NCBI GenBank assembly: GCA_963739305.1 | Contig: CAVTZU010000011.1 | Span: 64,001 to 128,000 of the forward strand | Source: Candidatus Bathyarchaeota archaeon | Lineage (GTDB): Archaea; Thermoproteota; Bathyarchaeia; Bathyarchaeales; Bathycorpusculaceae | Length of the DNA stretch: 64,000 nt | Direction of reading: 5' to 3' | In this document: positions 1-10,250 of the stretch, one piece after another | Layout: each line of letters begins with the position of its first letter | Position numbering within the stretch: the stretch's first letter is position 1 | Position numbers and translations under genes: made by a program | Notes under the pieces: generated by a model | The model's input: the letters and a program-made list of their open reading frames with translations, nothing else | The model's database searches: none | What the model was told of the DNA's origin: nothing

Positions 1-121
1 ATGGAGTAGCCATGCATCACTTGAAACTCCTGGCAGCTGATGGAATTGTTGATCACAGGGATCACAGACCACGCATCTGGTCGCTAACGGGCAAGGGACA
101 GAAACGTCTCGTCGCTCCACG

Positions 122-409
122 CTAAAAGGTGCATTGACAGGGCGAGTGACCGCACTTAAGACATCGGTTAGGGTACTTCGCGAGAGCCGCCTCTTCAAGA
201 TCTATTCCTGTGAGGTTTGCGAGGGAAGCTAGCCATGCAATCACGTCCGCAAATTCCTCCTCCAGCTCTGCACGATTGGTCGAGTTCAACGCTTCACCCA
301 ACTCTCTCAATTCATCAGTTAGCCACTCGTAGGTTCCTATTTTGCCCCGCTCAGAATCTCTGTGGAAGTATAAGCGGCGCATCATCTCTTGGAATTCATG
401 GATGTGCAT
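122..409 (-). CDS. MazG-like nucleotide pyrophosphohydrolase
   Basis: ELxELxEA...EEEFADVIAWLASLAN MazG motif; C-terminal CxxC-x3-PCxC. Confidence 0.85.
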   Translation of the reverse strand: MHIHEFQEMMRRLYFHRDSERGKIGTYEWLTDELRELGEALNSTNRAELEEEFADVIAWLASLANLTGIDLEEAALAKYPNRCLKCGHSPCQCTF

Positions 410-461
410 AGTGCGTTCACTCCATCTTCCTCGGCAAGTGTTGTGTGTCTTCGTTGAAAAA

Positions 462-1778
462 TCAGCGGATTTTGATGTACTTGTACGCTTCGGTCGCGTT
501 CTCGAAGCAGTAATGCACCTTCTGGTAGTCTTTTCTGAACTCTGTGACGTCTGTCCTCACTTTGTCCAAGGAATCCTTCTGCAGTATCACGCGTTTGATA
601 AAGTCGGCTATCTGTTGCATTTCTGGTTCCTTCATGCCCAGTCGTGTGACTTCGGAGACGCCTAGCCTTATCCCTCCGGGGTGCATGAAGTGTCTTCCTT
701 CCTTGATGTCCCAAGGGAGTAAGTTCCTGTTTATGATTACGTTTGCCTTCTCCAAGGTTTCCTCGATCGTGCCGCCGTCACCATGCTTGGTTATGTCAAT
801 GAGGATGACGTGCGATTGCGTGAATCCCTTGTGTTGAGCCAGCACATCAAAGCCCCTCTCGTAGAGTGCCTGGCCGAGAGCCTTTGCGTTCCTGACTATT
901 TGGGTTGCGTATTCTTTGCCGAACTCTAACATTTCCGAGCATGCAATGGCAAGTCCTGCCACGGAGTGTAGGTGGTGGTTACTTACCATTCCTGGAAAAG
1001 TTGCCTTCTTTATTTTGTCAGCATACTTGTCCCAGGAAAGGATGCCGCCGTGCTGGGGACCAAAAAACGTCTTGTGCGTGCTTAGGCTCACGACGTCGGC
1101 GCCTTCCTTTATTGGGTCTTGAAACTGTCCACCTGCAATCAACCCAGCTACGTGGGCCGCGTCGTAGCCGACCGTTGCTCCTGTCGAACGAATGGTCTCT
1201 GCCAACTCCTTGACTGGGTGTGGAAAGGGGAAGACGCTTGCGCCGAACATGACGAACTTTGGAGGTTTCCCTTTTGCTGCAAGCTCTTTGATCTTAATCT
1301 TTGCTTTGTCGACGTCTATGTTGAGCTCCTTGTAGTCCAACGGTAGATATTCAACGTTTAGTCCTTTGACGGCGCCTGCCGTTCCGCCGAGTTCCTTCTT
1401 GCCCGAGGTGATGTGTCCTCCGCTCGGGATCGAAAGCGCCAAAAGAGTGTCTCCTGGTTCCGTGAAAGCCGTGTAGACTGCTAGGTTGGCAACGACGCCT
1501 GAGATCGGTCGAACATCAACAAACTCTGCTCGGTAGAGCTGCTTCATGAGGTCGATACACTTGAATTCCACCTGATCAATGTACTTGCAACCGGCGTAGA
1601 CGCGTTCTCCTGGCCAACCTTCCGCGTAACGATTTCCAAAGTCGGTTATGATTGCCTCGCGAACAGCTGGGCTTGGAACGTTTTCGCTGGCGATAAGTGG
1701 AATGCTTTCTTGGAACCATTTGTGATGTTGCTGAAGAAGATCAAACACGTGATCATACTCATCTTTCGGACTAGCCAT
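462..1778 (-). CDS. glyA: Serine hydroxymethyltransferase
   Basis: LIASEN, RYAEGWPGERVY, YDAAH and STHKTFFGPQ PLP-lysine motifs; ATG at 1778 preferred over GTG at 1802. Confidence 0.97.
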   Translation of the reverse strand: MASPKDEYDHVFDLLQQHHKWFQESIPLIASENVPSPAVREAIITDFGNRYAEGWPGERVYAGCKYIDQVEFKCIDLMKQLYRAEFVDVRPISGVVANLAVYTAFTEPGDTLLALSIPSGGHITSGKKELGGTAGAVKGLNVEYLPLDYKELNIDVDKAKIKIKELAAKGKPPKFVMFGASVFPFPHPVKELAETIRSTGATVGYDAAHVAGLIAGGQFQDPIKEGADVVSLSTHKTFFGPQHGGILSWDKYADKIKKATFPGMVSNHHLHSVAGLAIACSEMLEFGKEYATQIVRNAKALGQALYERGFDVLAQHKGFTQSHVILIDITKHGDGGTIEETLEKANVIINRNLLPWDIKEGRHFMHPGGIRLGVSEVTRLGMKEPEMQQIADFIKRVILQKDSLDKVRTDVTEFRKDYQKVHYCFENATEAYKYIKIR

Positions 1779-1901
1779 TTGAGAGCATCCTTCGTATGAC
1801 ACTCTAAACTTTGTTCGGAAATAAAAACTCTTAGCTAAGCGTAACGTTAATAATGCGCGTGCTTAATGAAGTTATTAGTTATCAAGGATTAGGCGTCAAA
1901 T

Positions 1902-2075
1902 ATGAGTACCCGAAGGAAAAAGGGAGAAAAGAAGTCTCCGATGCCCGCTGCAAGCGCAGGGTTACTCAGGTTTTTTGAAGAAGAAACCGAAGGCGTAAAG
2001 ATTCGGCCAGAACTCCTGATGGGCGCGGCGGTGGCTTTGATAGTTGTCTGCGTCTTGGCAGACATATTCTTCTAA
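1902..2075 (+). CDS. secG: Protein translocase subunit Sec61beta (57 aa, absent from ORF track)
   Basis: Hand translation MSTRRKKGEKKSPMPAASAGLLRFFEEETEGVKIRPELLMGAAVALIVVCVLADIFF; the AGLLRFF..E...KI.P motif plus C-terminal TM helix is typical of archaeal Sec61beta. Confidence 0.92.
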   Translation: MSTRRKKGEKKSPMPAASAGLLRFFEEETEGVKIRPELLMGAAVALIVVCVLADIFF

Positions 2076-2084
2076 GATCAGGTT

Positions 2085-2372
2085 CTAACGACGCGAAGGC
2101 ACATGCAACACTTCTATTCGTTGCACTGAGTCTAAGTGGAGAAATATCTCGCTTGCCTCCTCTCTGCTTGCAACTTGTGGAATTGGTTGGGCGATGGTTG
2201 CCCGCAAGATAATTGCTTCTGCGTCAGAAAGCCAAATGCCCGCGGGTTCACGGGTGATGGCGACCAAGGTTCCTTCAAATCCGTAGGCAGGGTCCAAGAT
2301 CACGCGTACCTTGTTTCCAACGTTCTTCTCAAGCATATGGAATATTGTTGGCGGGAGACTCTGCTCCGGCAT
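2085..2372 (-). CDS. Sm/LSm-like small protein
   Basis: LEKNVGNKVRVIL...FEGTLV...IWLSDAE resembles Sm1; IFLHLDSVQRI resembles Sm2. Confidence 0.55.
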   Translation of the reverse strand: MPEQSLPPTIFHMLEKNVGNKVRVILDPAYGFEGTLVAITREPAGIWLSDAEAIILRATIAQPIPQVASREEASEIFLHLDSVQRIEVLHVPSRR

Positions 2373-2634
2373 AGTGCTCGCAAAACTCCGTGTTTCGGTT
2401 AATTGATACTAGACTACTGGTGGAACACAGTTATATACTGTACTAATGGTCTCGCGTCCACACACCTGTCTCAGCATGCGTTCCTCTAGACTAGTTTATG
2501 TTAAGGACAGCAAGCTCCAGGAGCAGGAAATTGCGAGGGTTCATTCAATCAGAATCTTCGTTCGCTGCTTGACGACGCGACACTTTAATATGGACGCGCT
2601 CCTCTTCTAGGAGACTCAAAATTGGCGATCATCG

Positions 2635-4461
2635 GTGTCCGTTGAAGACTCGCTGAGACAGTCTATGGAAAAAGCAAAAAAGCGTTATTCATCACTGTTC
2701 AGACTACCATCAGATCGGAAAATCCTCCTAGGATTGGCCTTTGTCTGCATCGTTTGTGGCCTGCTACCCACGTTATTAGTCATTCCCTCATATGCGGGGG
2801 TAGTCGGAGGGCTACTTCTAGGTCTGATCGTCTTCTTTGCAGGTTTGGTTGCGGATTTCGTCATCCACATGCTCATTATGACCAAGGACGCCATCTATAA
2901 TCTAAGGCGGACGATGGCGATTTCGCTCTTCTCTTGGGGGCTTTGGTTCTTCTTCATCCTGTTGGGAATCGTCTTAACAGCACTTACGGGTTTTCAGAAC
3001 TGGTGGTTTCGGCTTTGCCTCATGGGTTTCGCCGCAGTGATAATCCTGCGGTTGGTGGTCCTGTCGTCTACAACGACTATGAGCAGAATCAGGGTTCTTG
3101 CTGGGTCGCTTCTCGAACCTTTCCTATGTGTGTTTCCATTTCTTGCTGTTTGGACTGCTGCTGGGAACTCCTTGACTTTGTATGTTCCTCTTTTCTTCGT
3201 CTTTGCAGTTGCCGTGGGGATTGTTTCAAGCTATGCTTTTCTTTATCCTTTGGATCGTATCGGCAGACGCCTGTTAGGCATGCGTTCGTTGTTGCTTTTC
3301 AGGGCGTTCATGTTCAATTGGGTTCTGGGCCTCAATGCCCCGTTTGAAGAGTTGCTTGAAGAGTTGGGCGAGAAAAAGAACGTTGAGGCTTCTCTTTTGA
3401 ATTTCGTGTCAGCGAAGTCCAGAACGGTCATTGTCGTACCTTCAATTCATCCAGGCCCATTCAAGAACATCGGCAGTAGCCTTCTGCCCTCTCTTCTCAA
3501 GGGAGCTCTCGAAAGAGAATTCAGCTGCACTGCCTGCGTACCTCATGGTTTGCTTGGTCACGAATATGACCTCGCTTCTCAACGGCAGAACCAGAAAGTT
3601 ATTGACAGTGTCATTTCGACCATTCGCGACCTGAAAGCTTCAGGTGCCACAGCTTCTCCTTTCGTGAAAGAAACAAATGGCCTTGCGACAGCATGCTGCC
3701 AAGTTTTCGGTAAGTCCGCAATAATCTCCTTTACGCTCGCACCCAAGACCATCGAAGATTTGCCCGAGGAACTAGGCCTGCTGGTTCATGAGGAGGCCGA
3801 ACGGAACGGTTTGAATCTCTGCGCAATAGTGAACGCGCACAACAGCATGGATGGGGACGCGGAGGTGGCAGATGCAATAGCTTCTCTGAAGGACGTCGCG
3901 AATAAATGCTTGAAGAAAGCCGTGGCGTTGAATCAATTACCTTTCGAAATCGGCGCAGCAACCATCCTGCCCAAGGAATTCAGTCTAGAGGATGGAATGG
4001 GAACTGGGGGCATCACGGTGATTGTCATCCAGACGGGAAAACAGAGGTCTGCGTATGTCGTCATCGATGGGAACAACATGGTTTCAGGCTTGCGTGAGGA
4101 GATTCTAGCATCGTTGAAGCAGATGGGTGTCGATGATGGTGAAGTCTTCACGACAGACACGCATTCGGTCAGTGCCTTGATACTTGGCGACCAAGGTTAT
4201 CATCCGGTTGGAGAGGCGATGGACAGGGAAAGACTGGTTGCATACATCGACCAAGCGACTTCCGCTGCGACTGCAAAATTGGAGCCTGTTCAGGGATCGT
4301 GCAGAAGCATCACGGTAAACGATGTTACGGTTCTGGGTGAGAAGCAACTTGAAACGTTATGTGTTCTCATAGACAAGAGTCTTCGGACAGCCAAGCGCAT
4401 TGCTCTCCCTGTGTTCTTGGTCGCCGGACTGGTGTTGATGTCGTTTTTGCTGTTTCTATGA
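2635..4461 (+). CDS. DUF2070-family membrane protein
   Basis: N-terminal TM bundle; HPGPF, HG, NAHN, DGNN and TTDTH motifs; C-terminal TM helix. Confidence 0.8.
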   Translation: MSVEDSLRQSMEKAKKRYSSLFRLPSDRKILLGLAFVCIVCGLLPTLLVIPSYAGVVGGLLLGLIVFFAGLVADFVIHMLIMTKDAIYNLRRTMAISLFSWGLWFFFILLGIVLTALTGFQNWWFRLCLMGFAAVIILRLVVLSSTTTMSRIRVLAGSLLEPFLCVFPFLAVWTAAGNSLTLYVPLFFVFAVAVGIVSSYAFLYPLDRIGRRLLGMRSLLLFRAFMFNWVLGLNAPFEELLEELGEKKNVEASLLNFVSAKSRTVIVVPSIHPGPFKNIGSSLLPSLLKGALEREFSCTACVPHGLLGHEYDLASQRQNQKVIDSVISTIRDLKASGATASPFVKETNGLATACCQVFGKSAIISFTLAPKTIEDLPEELGLLVHEEAERNGLNLCAIVNAHNSMDGDAEVADAIASLKDVANKCLKKAVALNQLPFEIGAATILPKEFSLEDGMGTGGITVIVIQTGKQRSAYVVIDGNNMVSGLREEILASLKQMGVDDGEVFTTDTHSVSALILGDQGYHPVGEAMDRERLVAYIDQATSAATAKLEPVQGSCRSITVNDVTVLGEKQLETLCVLIDKSLRTAKRIALPVFLVAGLVLMSFLLFL

Positions 4462-4520
4462 GCTAACACTAATAAGGTTGAAATTTCCCAACGTTAACTT
4501 CCCGGTAGAAGGGAGAATTC

Positions 4521-5090
4521 TTGTTGAGAGAAGTCCGAATTCATGGTCGTGGAGGCCAAGGAAGCGTAATGGCTGCAGAGGTTCTGGCTCACGCTGCTTT
4601 TCTCGAGGGCAAAGCGGTCCAAGCTTTCCCGTATTTTGGAGCCGAACGAAGAGGCGCTCCCGTCAAAGCCTTCGCGAGAATAAGTGATGAACCAATACTT
4701 ATTCACAGCCAAGTTTACAGCCCCGACTACGTGATAGTGCTTGATCCCTATATCTACAAAGTCGTCGACGTCGCTGAAGGCTTGAACAAAAACGGAATTA
4801 TCGTGATGAACACGACGAAGAAACCTGAGGAGCTTGGTTTGGGTGATTGCAGGGTCGCCACAGTTGATGCAACACGGATAGCTCTTGAGCTCAACTTGCT
4901 CGTTGCAGGCTTGCCTGTTGTCAACACTTCGATTCTAGGAGCGTTCGCTAAGGGAACTGGTGAAGTGAAACTGGAAAGTGTCTTGAAAGCCGTGCGAGAC
5001 ACGTGGTCAGGCGCTGCAGGAGAGAAGAATGCTCGCGCGACAGAGCTTGCGTATGAGCGTTCGAAAAAATGGTGGAATGGTGATGCATAA
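4521..5090 (+). CDS. porC: 2-oxoacid (pyruvate):ferredoxin oxidoreductase gamma subunit
   Basis: EVRIHGRGGQG, FGAERRGAPV. Confidence 0.93.
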   Translation: MLREVRIHGRGGQGSVMAAEVLAHAAFLEGKAVQAFPYFGAERRGAPVKAFARISDEPILIHSQVYSPDYVIVLDPYIYKVVDVAEGLNKNGIIVMNTTKKPEELGLGDCRVATVDATRIALELNLLVAGLPVVNTSILGAFAKGTGEVKLESVLKAVRDTWSGAAGEKNARATELAYERSKKWWNGDA

Positions 5091-5371
5091 TGAGCACAGC
5101 AAAACGCCGCAAAGAAATGCCCGTTACTCCACTTTCCTCGCCGACCGAGGGGAGCATGGGGAAAACGGGATCATGGAGAACCTTCCGACCCGAAGTTGAC
5201 TACGGCAAATGTACACATTGTACTTTTTGCTGGATCTACTGTCCAGATTCAGCTATTACTCGACAGGAGGACGATTCTCCGAAAATAGATTATGATTACT
5301 GCAAAGGTTGCGGTATATGCGCGAACGAGTGCCCAACCAAGGCGATAACGATGAAGCGTGAGGAAGAATAG
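5090..5371 (+). CDS. porD: 2-oxoacid:ferredoxin oxidoreductase delta subunit (2x[4Fe-4S])
   Basis: KTGSWR, CTHCTFCWIYCP, YDYCKGCGICANECP. Confidence 0.93.
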   Translation: MSTAKRRKEMPVTPLSSPTEGSMGKTGSWRTFRPEVDYGKCTHCTFCWIYCPDSAITRQEDDSPKIDYDYCKGCGICANECPTKAITMKREEE

Positions 5372-5372
5372 A

Positions 5373-6551
5373 ATGACACAGATGATAGTTGACACAGCCA
5401 ATCACCTAGCAGGTTACGCTGCAAAAGCTGCCAGAGTCAAGGTTGTCGCAGCCTACCCAATAACACCACAGACGACGATAGTCGAGAAGATAGCGGATTT
5501 CGTGGAGAGCGGAGAAATGGACGCAGAGTACATCCGCGTAGAATCTGAGCACAGCGCAATGGTCGCGTGCATTGCTGCGGCTTCAGCTGGCGTCAGAACG
5601 TTCACTGCAACTTCGTCGCATGGTTTGGCCCTCATGCATGAAGCCTTGCACTGGGCATCGGGCTCGCGCCTGCCAATCGTGATGGCAGTCGTCAACCGTG
5701 CCATGGGAGCTCCATGGAGCATTTGGCCCGACTTCAGTGATTCACTCTCTCAACGGGACACGGGGTGGATACAATTCTACTGTGCTGACAATCAAGAGGT
5801 TTTTGACACCATAATCCAGGCCTACAAGCTGTGCGAGAATGAAAAAGTGTTCTTGCCCGCGATGATCTGTCTTGAGGGTTTCATCTTATCCCACACCTAC
5901 GCAGCGTCAAACGTTCCTGATCAGAACAAGATCGACGAGTTCTTACCCGAGTATAAGTGTGGTTGGACAATGGACGTTGACCATCCTTATTCGCATGCAA
6001 ACCTTGTAGCGCCCGAGTATTACATGGAATTCCGATACATGATCCAAGAAGCAATGGAAAACGCCAAAAAGCTCATTCCGCAGGTTGACCAGGAGTATGG
6101 GAAGCATTTTGGCAGAGAATGCGGTGGACTAGTGGAGAAATACAAGTGCGAAGACGCCGACCTCGTGATGCTTACGATGGGGACAATGGCGGGCGACGCA
6201 AAGTTAGCCGCCGATAAGATGCGCAAGGAAGGGTTGAAGGTAGGTTCGGCCAGGGTTCGCGTTTATCGTCCCTACCCCGTTGAAGAGATCGTGAAACTAG
6301 CCAAGGGCGTTCAAATGATTTCGACGATAGATCGCCACATATCCTTTGGAATGGAAGGGTTTCTTGCCTCAGAAACGAAAGCCTCGTTGTTTGATCAGAA
6401 AGACAAGCCGCTTGTAGCCGGCTTCATCGCGGGGCTCGGAGGACGAGACGTGACAGCTGGTACGATTGAACGCATGGCAAAGAAGTCTCTTAAGTGGATG
6501 CATGCTGGTAAGATCGAAAAAGGAACGGAATGGGTTGATTTGAAGGAGTGA
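5373..6551 (+). CDS. porA: 2-oxoacid:ferredoxin oxidoreductase alpha subunit
   Basis: AAYPITPQT, VESEHSA, TATSSHGL, GLGGRD. Confidence 0.95.
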   Translation: MTQMIVDTANHLAGYAAKAARVKVVAAYPITPQTTIVEKIADFVESGEMDAEYIRVESEHSAMVACIAAASAGVRTFTATSSHGLALMHEALHWASGSRLPIVMAVVNRAMGAPWSIWPDFSDSLSQRDTGWIQFYCADNQEVFDTIIQAYKLCENEKVFLPAMICLEGFILSHTYAASNVPDQNKIDEFLPEYKCGWTMDVDHPYSHANLVAPEYYMEFRYMIQEAMENAKKLIPQVDQEYGKHFGRECGGLVEKYKCEDADLVMLTMGTMAGDAKLAADKMRKEGLKVGSARVRVYRPYPVEEIVKLAKGVQMISTIDRHISFGMEGFLASETKASLFDQKDKPLVAGFIAGLGGRDVTAGTIERMAKKSLKWMHAGKIEKGTEWVDLKE

Positions 6552-6556
6552 CAGGA

Positions 6557-7477
6557 ATGGTTACAATAAAGGAGCTTCCGAAAGAAGAGTATCTGCTCAA
6601 AGGTCATGCAGCCTGCGCCGGTTGCGGTCCCGCTATCTCACTACGTCTACTTTTAAAAGCGTTAGGCAACAAAGTCATGCTAGTCGTTCCTGCGTGCTGC
6701 ACAACGGTGATTCAAGGGCCATATCCATTCACTTCATCTGCCGTTCCTCTTCAAAACATCTTGTTTGAATCGACGGGGGCTGCGGCTTCCGGAATTGTTG
6801 CAGCTTTGAAGGCTCGGAAGCTTCAGGGCATCACCGTAGTTGGATGGGCTGGAGACGGCGGCACAGCAGACATAGGAATTCAAGCTTTGTCGGGAGCGGC
6901 TGAAAGAGGAACCAATTTCATCTATGTATGCTACGACAACGAAGCATACGGCAACACGGGTATGCAGAGAAGTGGGTTGACACCTTACGGCGCGTGGACG
7001 ACTACCACTCCCAGTGGAAAGAAAGAGAGCAAGAAAGACATGCCCATGATCATGGCTGCTCACAGAATTCCATACGTCGCAACTGCCAGCACAGGGTACC
7101 CGTTGGATTTCGTAAACAAGCTCAGAAAAGCAAAGGATATCGAAGGGACAAAGTACATTCATCTCCTTGCACCATGCCCCACCGGCTGGCGATGTGACAC
7201 AAGCAAAACCATTGAGCTGGGCAGACTCGCGGTTCTCACTGGTATATGGGCTCTGTACGAGATTGAAAATGGGAAGTTTAAGCTCAATTCTCCGAGCGAC
7301 CGACTCGTCGACAAAACAAAACGGAAGTCTATCACAGAATACTTCTCATTGCAAGGTCGATTTCGCGGTCTGAAAGAACCGGATCTTCAACGAATCCAGA
7401 TAGGGATTGACGAGGACTGGGAACGATATCGCAAGCTGGCTTCGACAGAAGCTTCTGAGCCTGCGGTTACGGCATAG
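6557..7477 (+). CDS. porB: 2-oxoacid:ferredoxin oxidoreductase beta subunit
   Basis: GHAACAGC, TPP motif GDGG...YDNEAYGNTG, APCPTGW. Confidence 0.95.
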   Translation: MVTIKELPKEEYLLKGHAACAGCGPAISLRLLLKALGNKVMLVVPACCTTVIQGPYPFTSSAVPLQNILFESTGAAASGIVAALKARKLQGITVVGWAGDGGTADIGIQALSGAAERGTNFIYVCYDNEAYGNTGMQRSGLTPYGAWTTTTPSGKKESKKDMPMIMAAHRIPYVATASTGYPLDFVNKLRKAKDIEGTKYIHLLAPCPTGWRCDTSKTIELGRLAVLTGIWALYEIENGKFKLNSPSDRLVDKTKRKSITEYFSLQGRFRGLKEPDLQRIQIGIDEDWERYRKLASTEASEPAVTA

Positions 7478-7613
7478 AGTTGAATCCACGCAGACAAAAA
7501 CATCGTTAACTTCTAGCTGGCAACTCGCTTCTTGCGGTGCTTTTCGCGGAAGGGTCAGAGATAATTATATAAAAGTGGCTTCCCAAACCTCTAGTTCCGA
7601 TGGGTGATTGAGA

Positions 7614-8951
7614 ATGAGCACTTACCCTAAGATTGTCGTTACGCCTCCAGGTCCGAAAGCGAGAGAGTGGGTCAAGAAAGACGAGACTTTGATCTCACCA
7701 TCCTACGGCCGATTCTACCCGCTCGTCGTCGAATCAGCAAAAGGCTGCATCGTCAAAGACGTAGACGGAAACGAGTTCATCGACTTCAACTCTGCATTGG
7801 TATGCATGAATGTGGGTCACAACCATCCGAAGGTTGTCGCAGCCATAAAGAGTCAAACTGACCGCTTTCTGCACTATTCGAACACGGACTTTTTCTACAG
7901 AGAGGTCATCGAGCTTGCTGACAAGCTCGCGCACATCACGCCAGGAAGCCCCGAAAAGAAATCATATTTTGGAAACAGCGGCGCCGAGGCAATAGAGGCC
8001 GCGATCAAACTTGCCAAATGGCACACTCGGAAACAGCTCTTTCTGGCCTTCATAAGCGCGTTTCACGGACGCACGATAGGAGCCTTATCTCTTACGGCTA
8101 GCAAACCAACACAGAGACGTCACTTCTCTCCGTTAATGCCTGGAGTGACTCACGTACCCTATGGGTATTGTTACCGTTGTCCTTTCAAAATGTCTTTTCC
8201 TGAATGCGGTTATTGGTGCGTTGATTTTATCGACGAATACGTTCTGCAGAAGTATGTGCCGGCTGAGGACGTGGCCGCAATAGTAGTCGAGCCAATACAA
8301 GGTGAGGGTGGATACGTCGTGCCGCCGCCGGAGTACTTCCAGCGAATCAAGAAACTAGCTGACAAATACGGTTTCCTCTTCATAGATGATGAAGTTCAAT
8401 CCGGGATGGGCAGGACTGGGAAGTGGTTTGCCATTGAACACTGGGGCGTCGAACCAGACATAGTAACCTCCTCCAAGGCTTTAGCGTCGGGGCTTCCCTT
8501 GGGGGCAGCCGTTGCAAAAGCCAAGATCATGGATTGGGTTCCAGGGTCACACGCGAGCACTTTCGGTGGCAATCCTCTTTCATGTGTGGCTGCATCAGCC
8601 GTGATAGACGCGATAAAAGAGGAGAAGCTTCTTGAGAACGCAACCAAACAGGGCGCATACATCATGAAAAGGCTGACAGAACTGATGGAAAAAAGCGAAA
8701 TCGTAGGCGACGTTCGAGGCAAGGGGTTGATGATTGGAATGGAGATCGTTGAAGACAAGGAAAGCAAGAAGCCCGCGCCCCAGAAGGTAAGTGAAATAAT
8801 GACGCGCTCTTGGAAACGCGGTGTGAACGTAATAACATGCGGGGCGTCAACAATCAGAATTGCGCCACCGCTGATCATCACTAGAGAACTCATAGATGCG
8901 TCATTAGACATCATTGAAGACGTCATGAAAGAAGTTGAAAAAGGGAAGTAA
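7614..8951 (+). CDS. Class III PLP aminotransferase (4-aminobutyrate/acetylornithine type)
   Basis: NSGAEA, FHGRT, EPIQGEGG, DEVQSGMGRTG, STFGGNP. Confidence 0.92.
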   Translation: MSTYPKIVVTPPGPKAREWVKKDETLISPSYGRFYPLVVESAKGCIVKDVDGNEFIDFNSALVCMNVGHNHPKVVAAIKSQTDRFLHYSNTDFFYREVIELADKLAHITPGSPEKKSYFGNSGAEAIEAAIKLAKWHTRKQLFLAFISAFHGRTIGALSLTASKPTQRRHFSPLMPGVTHVPYGYCYRCPFKMSFPECGYWCVDFIDEYVLQKYVPAEDVAAIVVEPIQGEGGYVVPPPEYFQRIKKLADKYGFLFIDDEVQSGMGRTGKWFAIEHWGVEPDIVTSSKALASGLPLGAAVAKAKIMDWVPGSHASTFGGNPLSCVAASAVIDAIKEEKLLENATKQGAYIMKRLTELMEKSEIVGDVRGKGLMIGMEIVEDKESKKPAPQKVSEIMTRSWKRGVNVITCGASTIRIAPPLIITRELIDASLDIIEDVMKEVEKGK

Positions 8952-9067
8952 ACGTCCACTCACGCGCCGAGAAAGGCTGACGGCAGCTGACCATAACGGA
9001 GAATTGCCCAGCAGGCACTCGGGTCTTTCTTCGCTGCATATAATGCACTTCATGCAAGGTTGAGACT

Positions 9068-9652
9068 CTAAAAGTCCCGCGGTTTTGCGATTACTTCCCT
9101 GATTTTCAATTCGAAGAATTTGGCGGAATTGGCAGGACGTATCAGCAAAGCTGTGTCTGCGCCTCGGCCAGTTCCAGCAATAGCTATGACGTCTCTGTCA
9201 ACCGGAATCATGCCCGCATCAGCGGCCATCAGAGTTATCTCGACGCAGACTTTCGTGCCTTCCCCCATGCGTCTGAGTACGTTTGCGATTAACTCTAATG
9301 ATTGTATCGTGCCGAAGTTCTCGCGAACTGCCCTTTCTGCGCTGCTGAGGGCGTGAGTTCCAACAAAGATCTTGGCGGCGCTCGCAGTCATGACATTCTC
9401 GTACCGCTCTTCCATCTCGTTCTTTCCAGGTTCTTTGAAGCCAAAGGCATGAGCAACGACCACAACGTTGAAACCTTTGAACATTTGAGTTGTTTCAGCC
9501 CCAGTCTGACCGGTGGTCGATGCGACCACGATGTCCCTAATGCCTTCTCTTTCAGCATACTCTTTTACGGTTTTCAGCAGACCCGCAGTGTTTGAGTTGC
9601 CTGCCTCTTCGAAATATGTGACCTTCCTCTCAACGGAATTCATGGTACTCAC
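9068..9652 (-). CDS. Pyruvate kinase C-terminal-like domain protein (MTH1675-like)
   Basis: YFEEAG..NT, IVVASTTGQTG, GTKVCVEITLMAADAG, AGTGRGADTA. Confidence 0.85.
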   Translation of the reverse strand: MSTMNSVERKVTYFEEAGNSNTAGLLKTVKEYAEREGIRDIVVASTTGQTGAETTQMFKGFNVVVVAHAFGFKEPGKNEMEERYENVMTASAAKIFVGTHALSSAERAVRENFGTIQSLELIANVLRRMGEGTKVCVEITLMAADAGMIPVDRDVIAIAGTGRGADTALLIRPANSAKFFELKIREVIAKPRDF

Positions 9653-9695
9653 ATCGGTTAGCTGCTACAACCCTGCGTTTTTTATAGTTTTTGAA

Positions 9696-10250
9696 CTACC
9701 GAGGCTGTCCTTCAGATTCTCTTCTCAGCGGTTTACGCTTCAGATCCGTTCCGCAAACCTCGCACTGGGAAGATTTGTAGTCTGTGGGATACGTCTTGCG
9801 GCATGCAGGGCAGTAGCGCAGCCATTCCAAACGACGACGAATGCCAAACGTGGTCAGCGGAGCAAACTCGATCTCCAGTTGCTTCGCGACGTTCTGTATA
9901 GAATAATCATCCGTTGCGATCAGCGGACAGTAGCCTCGGTTTTTGAGTTCAATCGCAAGCGCTAGGAGTTGAAGGTCGGTTTCAGAAAGAAAGTAAGTGT
10001 CACCCACCGTCGAAGCAGATTTCCTGGCTTCTTCCAGGCTCTGGGCGTTTGGGGTTTCAACTCTTATTTTACCGTTCTCTTCTGCCGTCTTGAACCTGAA
10101 GTTCAGAACAGAATCTTCCGGAATCTCGCTTCTGACCGAAGGAACGGTGTATTGTTCTTCACTTATAGAGAAAGGGTCGAGCCCGGCTACAAAAGCCGAT
10201 GTATCCAGAACTACAACTCTCTTGCCGGCTGGGTGGCCTAAAGTCTTCAC
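9696..10250 (-). CDS. nob1: Nob1 rRNA-processing endonuclease (PIN + Zn ribbon)
   Basis: VLDTSAF, LSETD, TDDYSIQN, CPAC...CEVCG; GTG at 10250 overlaps the nadK stop. Confidence 0.9.
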   Translation of the reverse strand: MKTLGHPAGKRVVVLDTSAFVAGLDPFSISEEQYTVPSVRSEIPEDSVLNFRFKTAEENGKIRVETPNAQSLEEARKSASTVGDTYFLSETDLQLLALAIELKNRGYCPLIATDDYSIQNVAKQLEIEFAPLTTFGIRRRLEWLRYCPACRKTYPTDYKSSQCEVCGTDLKRKPLRRESEGQPR

